Assembly (NCBI GenBank): GCA_963735025.1
Contig: CAVTJG010000020.1
Location: forward strand, 64,502 to 128,501
DNA length: 64,000 bases
From: an uncultured beta proteobacterium
Lineage (GTDB): Bacteria; Pseudomonadota; Gammaproteobacteria; Burkholderiales; SG8-39
Direction: 5' to 3'
In this document: piece after piece, positions 18,678 through 28,519 of the stretch
How the letters are laid out: every line of letters starts with the position of its first letter
Position numbering within the stretch: the stretch's first letter is position 1
Made by a program: the position numbers and the translations under genes
Notes under the pieces: model-generated
Told to the model about the DNA's origin: nothing
The model's input: only the letters and a program-made list of their open reading frames with translations
Database searches by the model: none

Positions 18678-18966
18678 CTATCTGAACTGAGCACATGCGC
18701 TGGCGAGCGCCTCCTGCATCGCGGTCAGCGCTTGCTCGGCGCCGATCTTGCGATGCTCCCACGTTCCATCGCCGGACTGCTCGATATCGCGCAGCTCCGC
18801 GAGACACCGCGGCGCGCAAACGCTTCAGCTCGGCTGTGTGCTTCTCGAGCTCGCTTTCCGTCCAGCCATCGTCCGGATCCATCGGACCTTCCAGGCGATC
18901 GAGCTCCTCAGTCCATTCGTCGAGCTGGGACTTGGCGTTCTTCACGAACAGATCGCGTGTCGACAC
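18678..18966 (-). pseudogene. small coiled-coil protein, copy 2 (one frame change as sequenced)
   Basis: GTG at 18966: VSTRDLFVKNAKSQLDEWTEELDRLEG...KHTAELKRLRAA. The sequence then continues in another frame as AELRDIEQSGDGTWEHRKIGAEQALTAMQEALASACAQFR*. The span is 289 nt (3n+1), so one extra base lies near 18800. Confidence 0.6.
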
Positions 18967-19045
18967 GGCAACCTCTATGGAATGGTGTGCTGCGTCCGGG
19001 ATCGCGCAATGCAACGAGCCTGACGAGCGTGGGGCCTTTCCCGGT

Positions 19046-19331
19046 TCACTTGGGATTCGACACACCGGCCTTGACCCGGGCGCGCAGGTCTTGAAAGGCG
19101 CCGTCGATGCCCGCGCTCGCGACCCCCCGCTCGTCATTTCCATTGCTGCACAGCTCCGCCAGTTTCAATTCGGCCGCCGTACACTTCGCGCGTAGCTCGT
19201 CGATTCGCCGCGTGATCTCGATCGATCCGGGAAGAGGCCTGATCGGCCTTGGCCTGCAACTCGTCGATTTCCGCCTGCCATTCCCTCAATTTCGCACGCT
19301 GCTGCTGCTCGTAGGCCTGCCGCCAGTCCAT
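19046..19331 (-). pseudogene. small coiled-coil protein, copy 1 (one frame change as sequenced)
   Basis: ATG at 19331: MDWRQAYEQQQRAKLREWQAEIDELQAKADQA. The sequence then continues in another frame as ...IEITRRIDELRAKCTAAELKLAELCSNGNDERGVASAGIDGAFQDLRARVKAGVSNPK*. The span is 286 nt (3n+1), so one extra base lies near 19235. Confidence 0.6.
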
Positions 19332-19372
19332 TGAATGCTCCTTTGCGCGTCGGTCTGCGGATATGTCGCGCA

Positions 19373-19386
19373 GCAATCCGCATGCC
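19373..19386 (-). promoter_or_regulatory. sigma-54 promoter candidate for the coiled-coil gene pair
   Basis: The reverse strand reads GGCATGCGGATTGC. The -12 C lies 41 nt before the ATG at 19331. Confidence 0.7.
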
Positions 19387-19543
19387 CGGTGTTCCGCTCC
19401 CTCATCCCGAACCAAACCGCTGCGCTCGGGTCATCTCCAACAGGCTCTTGAAAAATGGGTGGCATGCGCCGGGTTTTCAACAGGCTGCTAAACGGGGCGC
19501 GCGGCGATCGTGCGCCGCTTTTCCGCTCAAAGGAGGTTTACGC

Positions 19544-20644
19544 ATGGAGGAATATCTGACCGCGCTGTACCCTTGGCTGTTGTCCATCGGCGTCCTCGTC
19601 GGTGCCGTCATTGCTGGACTCGTCGTGCACTGGACGGCGTTCTTCTTTGCCGAGCGCCTCGCAGCGCGAACGCCGACGCCGATCGACGCCTCGCTCGTGC
19701 GCCACAGCCGGCGCCCCGCACGGCTTCGAGCACCCGCGTTCCTGCTCTCGATCGCGCTACCGTCGGTGGACGTGCCGATTCGCCTCGTCGGCCTCGCCGA
19801 TCGGGTACTCGGCGTCGCGATGAACGGGTCAGTCGCCTGGCTCATCGTCGCGCTGCTCGGCGTGGTGACCGAATGGGTGGCGCTGCACTACCGGATCGAC
19901 GTCGAGGACAACCTTACCGCGCGGCGCATGCAGACGCAGTCGCGCGTGCTCAAGCGCACGGCCACGGTCGTGATCCTGATCGTTGCGGGCGCGCTCATGC
20001 TGATGAAGATCCCCGGCATCGAGGGGCTCGGCGTGAGTCTCCTTGCATCGGCCGGTCTCGCCGGGATCGTGGTCGGGATGGCCGCGCGGCCGACGCTGTC
20101 AAACCTGCTTGCCGGGCTCCAGCTCGCGCTGACACAGCCAATTCGGCTCGACGACGTCGTGATCGTCGAGGACGAATGGGGTCGCATTGAGGAGATCACC
20201 AATACCTACGTGGTGGTTCGCATCTGGGACCAGCGCCGGCTCGTGGTGCCGCTCACTTACTTCATCGAGCGCCCGTTCGAGAACTGGACCCGCGTCACCG
20301 CGGACATCCTGGGCACGGTTTTCCTCTACGTCGACTACACGGTTCCCATCGAGGAAGTGCGCTCCGAGTTGCGTCGGATGCTGGAGGCGTCCGGTAAGTG
20401 GGACGGAAAAGTCTGCGGACTCGTGGTGACGAATGCGACCGACCGCACTGTCGAGCTGCGCGCCCTGCTGAGCGCTCCGGACTCCGGCGCCGCCTGGGAT
20501 CTGCGCTGCCACGTCCGGGAACAGCTCGTGGCGTTCCTGCAGCGACGCTATCCGGAGTGCTTGCCGCGGACGCGCGCGGAGGTCCGCGGCCTGCCGTTGG
20601 ACACAAGACAGCCTGCCGGGCGAGCGACGGCGCAACCGGCATAG
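19544..20644 (+). CDS. MscS-family mechanosensitive channel
   Basis: Internal Met (MEEYLTALYP) of ORF 19331..20644 with an AAGGAGG RBS. TM helices are followed by LSNLLAGLQLALTQPIRLDDVVIVEDEWGRIEEITNTYVVVRIWDQRRLVVP, an MscS beta-domain pattern. Confidence 0.85.
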   Translation: MEEYLTALYPWLLSIGVLVGAVIAGLVVHWTAFFFAERLAARTPTPIDASLVRHSRRPARLRAPAFLLSIALPSVDVPIRLVGLADRVLGVAMNGSVAWLIVALLGVVTEWVALHYRIDVEDNLTARRMQTQSRVLKRTATVVILIVAGALMLMKIPGIEGLGVSLLASAGLAGIVVGMAARPTLSNLLAGLQLALTQPIRLDDVVIVEDEWGRIEEITNTYVVVRIWDQRRLVVPLTYFIERPFENWTRVTADILGTVFLYVDYTVPIEEVRSELRRMLEASGKWDGKVCGLVVTNATDRTVELRALLSAPDSGAAWDLRCHVREQLVAFLQRRYPECLPRTRAEVRGLPLDTRQPAGRATAQPA

Positions 20645-20668
20645 CAGTTGCTTCTGCCGCTGCCCGCG

Positions 20669-21304
20669 CTACGCATGCTCTCGCGGTCGTGAGATGGTAT
20701 TGGCAGCCGCGGAGCGCTGTATGGGCGCGATAATGCGAGGCGGTAGCCGCGGATCGAAATCGACCCAGTCGCCATCGCGGATCGTCCCGTCCGCCGCCTC
20801 GACCTCCAGAGCGTCCATGCCGACGAATACGTCGCAGGCGGCGGCCAAGCGCTCGGGGTCGTTCCCGACTTCCGCGGCGATGAGCGGGCCGGATTTGCGG
20901 CTCACGGGAAACTCGGGGGACGCTCTGGCCGGATTCGGGCGACGAGTTGCAACGAGTGCGCCGAACAAGGACCCGATGTAGGCGCCGATTGCGGCGCCGA
21001 GCGCGGTACCCAGCACTAACGCGCCCACGTTCCAATTCTTGTACAGAGCGTCGGCGATCAGCCAGCCCGCGAGCGCGCCCGCGAAGGCGCCTGCGGCGAT
21101 TCCGGCAATTGCTCCGCGCACGCTCTTGCGCGTGCCGCGGTCGTGCAATGCGTCGCCCCCGGCGGGATGCGTCGCGTGCTGCCCCGGGGGCAGCACTTGA
21201 AAGATTGACAGCTTGTCGCGCCGGATGCCCGCCTTCAACAGGGCTGTTAGCGCTCCTTCGGTCTCTGATTGCGTCTCGAATCGCGCCGCGATGATTTTTG
21301 CCAT
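20669..21304 (-). CDS. hypothetical membrane protein with glycine-zipper segment
   Basis: Internal Met (MAKIIAARFE) of ORF 20669..21394 with a GGAGG RBS. Gly/Ala-rich TM segments: GAIAGIAAGAFAGALAGWL and GALVLGTALGAAIGAYIGSLFGAL. Confidence 0.6.
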   Translation of the reverse strand: MAKIIAARFETQSETEGALTALLKAGIRRDKLSIFQVLPPGQHATHPAGGDALHDRGTRKSVRGAIAGIAAGAFAGALAGWLIADALYKNWNVGALVLGTALGAAIGAYIGSLFGALVATRRPNPARASPEFPVSRKSGPLIAAEVGNDPERLAAACDVFVGMDALEVEAADGTIRDGDWVDFDPRLPPRIIAPIQRSAAANTISRPREHA

Positions 21305-21347
21305 TGAAGTACCTCCGAATTCGGTCTGGGGAAAATGTGTTGGACGC

Positions 21348-21361
21348 GCAACCCGCATGCC
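21348..21361 (-). promoter_or_regulatory. sigma-54 promoter candidate for the glycine-zipper gene
   Basis: The reverse strand reads GGCATGCGGGTTGC. The -12 C lies 43 nt before the ATG at 21304. Confidence 0.7.
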
Positions 21362-21486
21362 CGGTGTGCCAGGGTGCTGGAAATTGTTTCCCACCGTCGG
21401 TCGAATCTGTCGGGCCGGTTTTCACCTGCGCCGGCCACGCCTACCGAAACCGCGCGAAAACAGCCTCTTGCGTCCGTTAGTCTGCC

Positions 21487-21501
21487 TGGCACGCGGTTTG
21501 C
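21487..21501 (+). promoter_or_regulatory. sigma-54 promoter candidate (full consensus) for hypothetical gene 21582
   Basis: TGGCACGCGGTTTGC matches TGGCACG-N4-TTGC at every specified position. It is divergent from the promoter at 21348..21361. Confidence 0.7.
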
Positions 21502-21581
21502 GTTGCCTGGGGCATATGGGCATTCACCGCGAATCACCCACTAACCGGAGGCGCTGTGGCGCGATCCATCGAGAGCTCGAA

Positions 21582-21899
21582 ATGAATGACGACCGGGAGA
21601 GCTACGACCGCCTCGCCGAAGGGCAAGAGGTCGAAATCGAGGTCATCGTGCTCGCGGTGGCCGACGCCGCAGGCGGGGTTCCCGTGATGCTCGCGAAGGC
21701 GGACCAATGGCAGGTCGAACTCTGGCCGGCGACGCCGCGCGCGTGCCGCAAGGCCCGGAAGGTGGCATGCGGCGCGCATCTCGCGGCCCATGTCGCCAAG
21801 TGTCCGGAGGTAATCAGCGACCGCAGCTACGGCGGGGTGCGCAAGCTGCGAGCTGCGCGGATCCGATTCGCGCGACTGCTCGATTTCCGCAGCGCCTGA
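21582..21899 (+). CDS. hypothetical protein
   Basis: Tail of ORF 21213..21899 (MNDDRESYDRLAEGQEVEIEVIVLAV...). An alternative Met at 21516 lies almost at the predicted transcription start. I recognise no family. Confidence 0.4.
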   Translation: MNDDRESYDRLAEGQEVEIEVIVLAVADAAGGVPVMLAKADQWQVELWPATPRACRKARKVACGAHLAAHVAKCPEVISDRSYGGVRKLRAARIRFARLLDFRSA

Positions 21900-21908
21900 G
21901 GGGGGTCT

Positions 21909-23285
21909 TCAGGCGCCGCCGCGATCACCTTCGCCGGGGCGGTCGCGTTGGTATTCGCGCAGGCGATTGTAGAGCGTCTTCGCGCTGACGCCCAGCATCT
22001 CGGCAGCCTTGTCGCGCCGTCCGTCGCAGTGCGCCAGTGTCGCGAAAATCAGCCGCCGCTCCATCTCCGCGATCGACGTGCCCATGGCGACCGCGACGCG
22101 CGCGTCGTTCGACTCCGGGCTGGGGGCCGACGTCTCGAACGACAGACAATCGGGGCCGATGCCGCTGCCCTCGGCCAGGATGAACGCCCGTTGCACCGCG
22201 TTCAGCAACTGGCGCACGTTTCCGGGCCAGTGGAAGCGTGAGAGCTCCTCGATGGCCAGCGGTGTGAATCGCTTGGAGGTCTGTTCCCGCGCGTTGAGCT
22301 CGGCCAGGAAATGGTTCGCGAGCAGCTCGACGTCCTCGAGCCGTTCGCGCAGCGGTGGCAGCCGGATCTCGAACACATTCAGACGGTAGAAGAGATCCTC
22401 GCGCAGCTTGCCCTCGGCAACCGCTTCGCCGGGCACGCGGTTCGTCGCCGCGATGATCCGCACGTCGGTGTCGATCGGCTCGTCGCCACCGATGCGCGAG
22501 AGCGATCCGGTCTCGAGGATGCGCAGCAGCTTGACCTGCAGATCGGCGGGCATCTCCGTGATTTCGTCGAGCAGCAGCGTGCCGCCGTCGGCGCGCTCGA
22601 AGTAGCCGTGGTGCTGGCGCGCGGCGCCGGTGAAGCTGCCCTTCTCATGACCGAACATCTCGCTCTCGATCAGCTGCGGCGAGATCGCACCGCAGTTCAC
22701 GGCGAGGAATGGGCGGTCGCGCCGGCGACTGAGGTCGTGTATGGTCTGCGCGACGAACTCCTTGCCGGTTCCGCTCTCCCCGGTCACCAGGACATTCACC
22801 GCGGTGCCCGCCACGCGGGAAATGTTCCGATAGACTTCCTGCATCGTCGGAGACCGTCCCCAAAGACGCCCGAACCGGCCGACTTCGGAGACGTCCTTCT
22901 CGAGCGTAGCGATGCGCGTCTTCAGCTCGCCCGGAGGCCTCACCCGCGCGAGAACGTTCTTGAGCTGCCGGATGTTGACCGGTTTGGTGAGATAGTCCGC
23001 TGCGCCGAGACGCAGGGCCTGGATCGAGGTGTCTAGCGATGCATGACCGGTGATGAGCACGATGTCGCTGTCGGCCACCTCGTCGACATCGGCGAAGAGG
23101 TCCATGCCGTTGCCGTCGGGCAGCATCAGGTCGAGCAGGATGACGTCCGGCGTGCGCAGAACGATCTGCTGGCGCGCCTCGGCGAGCGTTCCCGCCGCCG
23201 CAGTGCTGAATCCCTCGGTCTTGATCAGCTCCGCAAGGACTTCGGCTGAGTCGTGATCGTCTTCGACAATGAGTGCGTGTGGCAT
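21909..23285 (-). CDS. NtrC-family sigma-54-dependent response regulator (REC-AAA+-Fis HTH)
   Basis: Internal Met (MPHALIVEDD) of ORF 21909..23897. REC: VILLDLMLPDGNG. Walker A: VTGESGTGKE. GAFTGA-like: EKGSFTGA. Also WPGNVRQL and a C-terminal HTH, LGVSAKTLYNRL. Confidence 0.92.
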   Translation of the reverse strand: MPHALIVEDDHDSAEVLAELIKTEGFSTAAAGTLAEARQQIVLRTPDVILLDLMLPDGNGMDLFADVDEVADSDIVLITGHASLDTSIQALRLGAADYLTKPVNIRQLKNVLARVRPPGELKTRIATLEKDVSEVGRFGRLWGRSPTMQEVYRNISRVAGTAVNVLVTGESGTGKEFVAQTIHDLSRRRDRPFLAVNCGAISPQLIESEMFGHEKGSFTGAARQHHGYFERADGGTLLLDEITEMPADLQVKLLRILETGSLSRIGGDEPIDTDVRIIAATNRVPGEAVAEGKLREDLFYRLNVFEIRLPPLRERLEDVELLANHFLAELNAREQTSKRFTPLAIEELSRFHWPGNVRQLLNAVQRAFILAEGSGIGPDCLSFETSAPSPESNDARVAVAMGTSIAEMERRLIFATLAHCDGRRDKAAEMLGVSAKTLYNRLREYQRDRPGEGDRGGA

Positions 23286-23621
23286 TTGAAGAGCGTTGCG
23301 GGCCCGGGGTGGACGCGACCCCAGTAAGCCAGAAAGAATTTCTCTGCGTCGGTAAAAGCTGCACACTGGCTGGCGCGCTTCGAATCCTACTGGTTCGCTC
23401 AGCCACAACATATACGTGGTAGCCCTTACGCCAGCGCATGATGCGCCGGCGGTGAACCTCGGCACGCCGCGATCGGAAGAGCCGATCTCCGGGCGGAGCG
23501 CGTTCGGGCGGCCGAAAACAATCTTCACCTTCGCTCGAGAGGCTCTGCAATGAAGGCGGGAACGCCGCATGCGTGAGGATGTGATCAGGCGCCTTCCGTC
23601 ACAAGCGGGACGCCCCATCGT

Positions 23622-24269
23622 ATGACGCAAAGCGTAGAACACGCAGTCCGCGGGGCGGCGCGCGGCGTTCGCCCCATTTCGGAGGAACCGCGAGCCGATG
23701 CATCGCGAGCTGACGTGTACCGTGTTCTGGCACGGCTTCTCGCCATGCCGCCCCCGGCCCGACTGCTTCGCGAGCTCGCGTTGATCGAGGTTGCCCCAAG
23801 CGGAGCGCCAGCGCCCGGAAGCATGCACGGCGTCTGGCGAGCGCTCCAGCAAGCGGCCGCGCAAACGACGGTCGAGGCGGCCGATGACGAGTACCACGAT
23901 CTGTTCATCGGGATCAGCCGCGGCGAGCTCATGCCGTACGCCTCCTGGTACCTCAGCGGTTTCGTCATGTCCCGCCCGCTCGCGCTACTGCGCCGCGACC
24001 TCGACGCATTCGGGATCGAACGGCATCCCGAGGTGCGCGAGCCGGAGGACCACGTGAGCGCGCTGTGCGAGGCGATGGGCCTCGTCATCGACAGCGCGGA
24101 CGAGATCCCGCTCGAGGCCCAGAAGCAGTTTTTTCACGATCACCTCGCGCGCTGGATGCCGCGGTTTTTCGGCGACCTGCAGCGCGCGAAGTCCGCGCGC
24201 TTCTATGTCCCGGTCGGCGCGCTGGGCGAACGATTCATGGCGATGGAGACGCAGTACCTGGCGACGTAG
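23622..24269 (+). CDS. TorD/DmsD-family redox-enzyme maturation chaperone
   Basis: ORF 23622..24269, directly upstream of the formate dehydrogenase genes. The DEYHDLFIG...PYASWY pattern is typical of TorD-like chaperones. Confidence 0.7.
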   Translation: MTQSVEHAVRGAARGVRPISEEPRADASRADVYRVLARLLAMPPPARLLRELALIEVAPSGAPAPGSMHGVWRALQQAAAQTTVEAADDEYHDLFIGISRGELMPYASWYLSGFVMSRPLALLRRDLDAFGIERHPEVREPEDHVSALCEAMGLVIDSADEIPLEAQKQFFHDHLARWMPRFFGDLQRAKSARFYVPVGALGERFMAMETQYLAT

Positions 24270-24331
24270 GCCCGGCACCGGCGGCCAGTGCCGTCCGGAA
24301 GTTTTCGCAATGCGGAGAGCAGGAGACAGCA

Positions 24332-24550
24332 ATGGGAACGAGGCATTCAAAGTCGATCACGTCGTGCCGACGCGACTTTCTGCTGCAAGGACTCGCGGTC
24401 ACCGGCGGCGCAGTGGTGGCAACGCTCGCCGGGCGCGCCGCCGCCGATCCGGGACCCGAGCCGGTCGCACATGACGAGCCGGGGCGAAAGCAGGCCGGCT
24501 ATCACGAGACGCCCCACATCCGGGAGTACTACGCGAAGGCCGGGCACTAG
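24332..24550 (+). CDS. small twin-arginine-signal protein of formate dehydrogenase regions
   Basis: Tail of ORF 24065..24550: MGTRHSKSITSCRRDFLLQGLAVTGGAVVATLAG... (72 aa). Its RRDFL Tat motif and position match the 'formate dehydrogenase region TAT target' family as I remember it. Confidence 0.7.
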   Translation: MGTRHSKSITSCRRDFLLQGLAVTGGAVVATLAGRAAADPGPEPVAHDEPGRKQAGYHETPHIREYYAKAGH

Positions 24551-24616
24551 CGGGCCGGACCCGCCGAGACACGCGTCGAGACGCTCGGCTGCGATGGCCA
24601 AAGGAGAGAGCGCATC

Positions 24617-27600
24617 ATGAAACTCATCAGAAAGCAGGATTCCGTCACCGCGCGCCCTGCAAGGGCGATCCGGCTCACGCGCGGGTTCGAGAGCGGTGAG
24701 AGCGTTCCCGGAGGCTCGATCGACCGCCGGACGTTCATGCAGCGGTCGGGGCTGGCGCTCGGCGCCGCCGCGGGGGGCACGATCCTCTCCACGACCATGA
24801 TGCGCAAGGCGCGCGCAGTCGAGCCCCTCGACCCCATGAAGTACGGTCCGAAGCCCGACGTGAAGACGGAGACCCGGCGCTCGGTCTGCACCCATTGCTC
24901 CGTCGGATGCGGCGTGATCGCCGAGATCCAGAACGGGGTCTGGACCGGCCAGGAGCCCGACTTCGCGTCGCCGTTCAACCTCGGGTCGCACTGCGCAAAG
25001 GGCGCGTCGGTTCGCGAGCACGGCATGGGCGACAAGCGCGTCAAGTATCCGATGAAGCTCGTCGACGGCAAGTGGAAGCGCGTCACGTGGGACCAGGCGA
25101 TCGACGAGATCGGCGACAAGCTGCTCAAGATCCGCGACGAATCGGGGCCCGATTCATTCTGGTTCGCCGGCTCGTCGAAGGCGAGCAACGAAGGCTCCTA
25201 TCTCCAGCGCAAGTTCGCCGCCTTCTGGGGCAGCAACAACTGCGATCACCAGGCGCGCATCTGCCATTCCACAACTGTAGCGGGCGTCGCGAACACGTGG
25301 GGCTACGGCGCGATGACGAACTCGTACAATGACATGCACAACTGCAAGGCGATGCTGTTCATCGGCAGCAACGCCGCCGAGGCGCACCCGGTGGCAATGC
25401 AGCACGTCCTCCGCGGGAAGGAGAATGGTGCGCGCATGATCGTCGTCGATCCGCGCTTCACCCGCACCGCCGCGCACGCCGACCAGCACATCCGGATCCG
25501 GCCCGGAACCGACATGGGCTTCATGTGGGGACTCCTGTGGCACGTGTTCCGCAACGGCTGGGAGGACAAGCAGTACATCAACCAGCGCGTCTGGGGCATG
25601 GACGAGATCCGCAAGGAAGTCGAGCAGTGGGACCCGAAGACCGTCCAGGACGTGACCGGCGTTTCGGAAGCGGAGATGCTCCAGTGCGCAAAGACGATGG
25701 CCGAGAATCGGCCCGGCACCATCGTCTGGTGCATGGGCGGCACCCAGCACCACATCGGGAACAACAACACCCGCGCCTACTGCGTGTTCCAGCTCGCGCT
25801 GGGCAACATCGGCGTGTCCGGCGGCGGCGCCAACATCTTCCGCGGCCACGACAACGTGCAGGGCGCGACCGACGTCGGGCCGAACTCGCACACGCTGCCG
25901 GGCTACTACGGGCTCTCCGAGGGCGCCTGGCGGCACTGGGCGCGCGTGTGGGGCGTCGATTTCGACTGGCTGAAGAATCGCTTCGACAACTCCAGGGAGT
26001 ACGACACCGGAGACGGCAAAAAGGCCCATCCGATGAACATGGAGGGCATCCCGGTGTCGCGCTGGTACGACGGCATCACGGAGGACAAGGCGCATGTCGC
26101 GCAGAAGGACGTGATCCGCGCGATCATGTTCCAGGGCCACGCCATCAACAGCCAGGTCCGCGGGTCCGACCAGAAGAAGGCCCTGGAGAAGGTCGAGCTG
26201 GTCGTCGTCTCCGACCCGTACCCGACCGTCCTGGCGGTGCTGGGCGACCGCAAGAACAACACCTATCTCCTGCCGACGTGCACGCAGTTCGAGACCTACG
26301 GTTCGGTCACCGCGTCCAACCGGTCGCTGCAGTGGCGCGAGCAGGTCATCGCCCCGATATTCGAGTCGAAGCCGGACCACGAAGTCCTCTACCTGCTCGC
26401 GAAGAAGCTCGGCTTTGCCGACGAAATGTTCAAGCACATCAAGGTGGAGAACAATGCGCCGTCGATCGAGGATACGTTGCGCGAGATCAATCGCGGCACC
26501 TGGACGATCGGGTACACGGGTCAGAGCCCGGAGCGCCTCAAGCGCCAGCTCGCAAACAAGGGCACGTTCAACACGACCACGCTGCTCGCCGAGGGCGGCC
26601 CGTGTGACGGGGAGTATTACGGGCTGCCATGGCCGTGCTGGGGCACGCCGGAGATGAATCACCCGGGCACCCCCGTCCTCTACGACACCAGTAAAGCGGT
26701 GTCCAAGGGCGGCCTCACTTTCCGCGCGCGATTCGGCACCGAGCGCAACGGCGAAACCCTGCTCGCCGAGGGCGCGTACAGCAAGGACTCCGATCTCAAG
26801 GATGGCTATCCGGAGTTCACGTTCGGTCTGCTGCAAAAGCTCGGCTGGGACAAGGAACTGACCGCAGAGGAGCTGGCCGCGATACGCAAGGTGGCCGGCG
26901 TGTCTGCCAAGGGGGCTGCCGACGCCAAGCGCAAGGAGGACGACAAGGAGTCGCAGCAGGCGCACGGGCAAGGCGACCTCGACAAGGTCAACTGGAAGAC
27001 CGACCTCTCGGGCGGCATTCAGCGGGTGTGCATCAAGCACGAGGTCGCGCCGTTCGGCAACGCGAAGGCCCGCACCGTGGTGTGGACCTTCCCGGACGCG
27101 GTCCCGCTCCACCGTGAGCCGCTCTACACGCCGCGCTACGACCTGGTCGCCAAGTATCCGACGTACGCGGACCGCGCCAGCCTTCTGGCGCCTGCCGACG
27201 CTCTACGCGTCGATCCAGAAGACGGACCACTCCAAGAAGTATCCGCTCGTCTTCACCAGCGGACGCCTGGTCGAGTACGAGGGCGGCGGCGAGGAGACGC
27301 GCTCGAACCGCTGGCTGGCGGAGCTGCAGCAGCACATGTTCGTCGAGATCAACCCGGCCGACGCGAACGACCGCGGCATCCGCGATGGGCAGTGGGTCTG
27401 GCTCGAGGGTGCCGAGGGCGGTCCCATCAAGGTAATGGCCATGATCACGCCGCGCGTGGGCCGGGGCGTCGTGTGGACGCCGTTCCACTTCGGCGGATGG
27501 TTCCAGGGCAACGACCTGGTCGCCAAGTACCCCGAGGAGACGGCGCCGTACATCCGTGGCGACGCCTGCAACAACGCCACCACGTACGGCTACGACTCGG

Positions 27601-27652
27601 TGACGCAGATGCAGGAGACCAAGGCGACGCTCTGCCAGATCGAGCGGCGTAG
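24617..27652 (+). pseudogene. formate dehydrogenase catalytic (molybdopterin) subunit, Cys-type, with two frame changes as sequenced
   Basis: ORF 24617..27652. Tat signal DRRTFMQRSGLALGAAAG; 4Fe-4S CTHCSVGCG; active-site region ARICHSTTVAG (Cys, not TGA). After ...KYPTYADR the conserved sequence continues in the frame of ORF 27114 (FWRLPTLYASIQ...FTSGRLVEYEGGG...ETKATLCQIER). It must return to the first frame to reach the TAG at 27650. Confidence 0.85.
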
Positions 27653-27678
27653 CCGAAGCACCATAGGAGGCAACGAAC

Positions 27679-28269
27679 ATGGCACGAATGAAATTCCTTT
27701 GCGATGCCGAGCGCTGCATCGAGTGCAACGGCTGCGTGGTGGCCTGCAAGAACGAGAACGAGGTGCCCTGGGGGGTCAATCGCCGCCGCGTCATCACGCT
27801 GAAGGACGGCGAGCCCGGCGAGAAATCGATCTCGGTGGCCTGCATGCACTGCACGGATGCGCCCTGCGCGGCGGTCTGTCCGGTGGACTGCTTCTACACC
27901 ACTGCCGACGGCATCGTCTTGCACGACAAGGACCTGTGCATCGGTTGTGGGTACTGCTTCTATGCGTGCCCGTTCGGCGCGCCGCAGTATCCCGCGCAGT
28001 CGGCGTTCGGTGTGCGCGGCAAGATGGACAAGTGCACGTTCTGCGCCGGCGGTCCCGCGCCGGACAACTCGGAAGCCGAGTACCAGAAGTACGGCTCGAA
28101 TCGCATCGCACAGGGCAAGCTCCCGGCGTGCGCGGAGATGTGCGCCACCAAGGCGCTGCTGGGGGGTGACGGCGACGTGGTCGCCGACATCTACCGCAAG
28201 CGCGTGACCGCGCGTGGCGGTCGCCCGAAGAGCTGGGGCTGGGAAACGGCCTACCCCGAGAAGTCCTGA
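27679..28269 (+). CDS. formate dehydrogenase iron-sulfur subunit
   Basis: ORF 27679..28269. Four ferredoxin-type Cys clusters: CIECNGCVVAC, CMHCTDAPC, CIGCGYCFYAC, CTFC. Confidence 0.92.
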   Translation: MARMKFLCDAERCIECNGCVVACKNENEVPWGVNRRRVITLKDGEPGEKSISVACMHCTDAPCAAVCPVDCFYTTADGIVLHDKDLCIGCGYCFYACPFGAPQYPAQSAFGVRGKMDKCTFCAGGPAPDNSEAEYQKYGSNRIAQGKLPACAEMCATKALLGGDGDVVADIYRKRVTARGGRPKSWGWETAYPEKS

Positions 28270-28287
28270 GCGGAAAGGAGGCGCATC

Positions 28288-28488
28288 GTGCTCATCCTAC
28301 GTCATCGCGCGATGCTGGCGGTCATTGCCGCCGCCGGATTGGCCGGGTGCTACCAGTCGCCGGACGCGACCGTCTACAAGCCCGGTGTGTACAAGGGCGA
28401 CAAGGACCCGCTCCTGGCGAAGCAGCGCGAAGCGGGCCAGCAAAAAGCGCTGCGCGAGCGCTTCAATCTCGTCCAGCGCGACCGCTGA
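28288..28488 (+). CDS. 66-aa lipoprotein (lipobox LAGC)
   Basis: ORF 28288..28488 with a GTG start after AAGGAGG. Signal peptide AVIAAAGLAGC. Confidence 0.55.
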   Translation: MLILRHRAMLAVIAAAGLAGCYQSPDATVYKPGVYKGDKDPLLAKQREAGQQKALRERFNLVQRDR

Positions 28489-28519
28489 GCTTGGACGTCA
28501 TCTCTTGGAGGATTTCCGA

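Noticed and set aside
25240-25270. Checked the formate dehydrogenase active site for a selenocysteine TGA.
   Set aside because: The codon is Cys (ARICHSTTV) and there is no in-frame TGA, so no SECIS or Sec claim is warranted.
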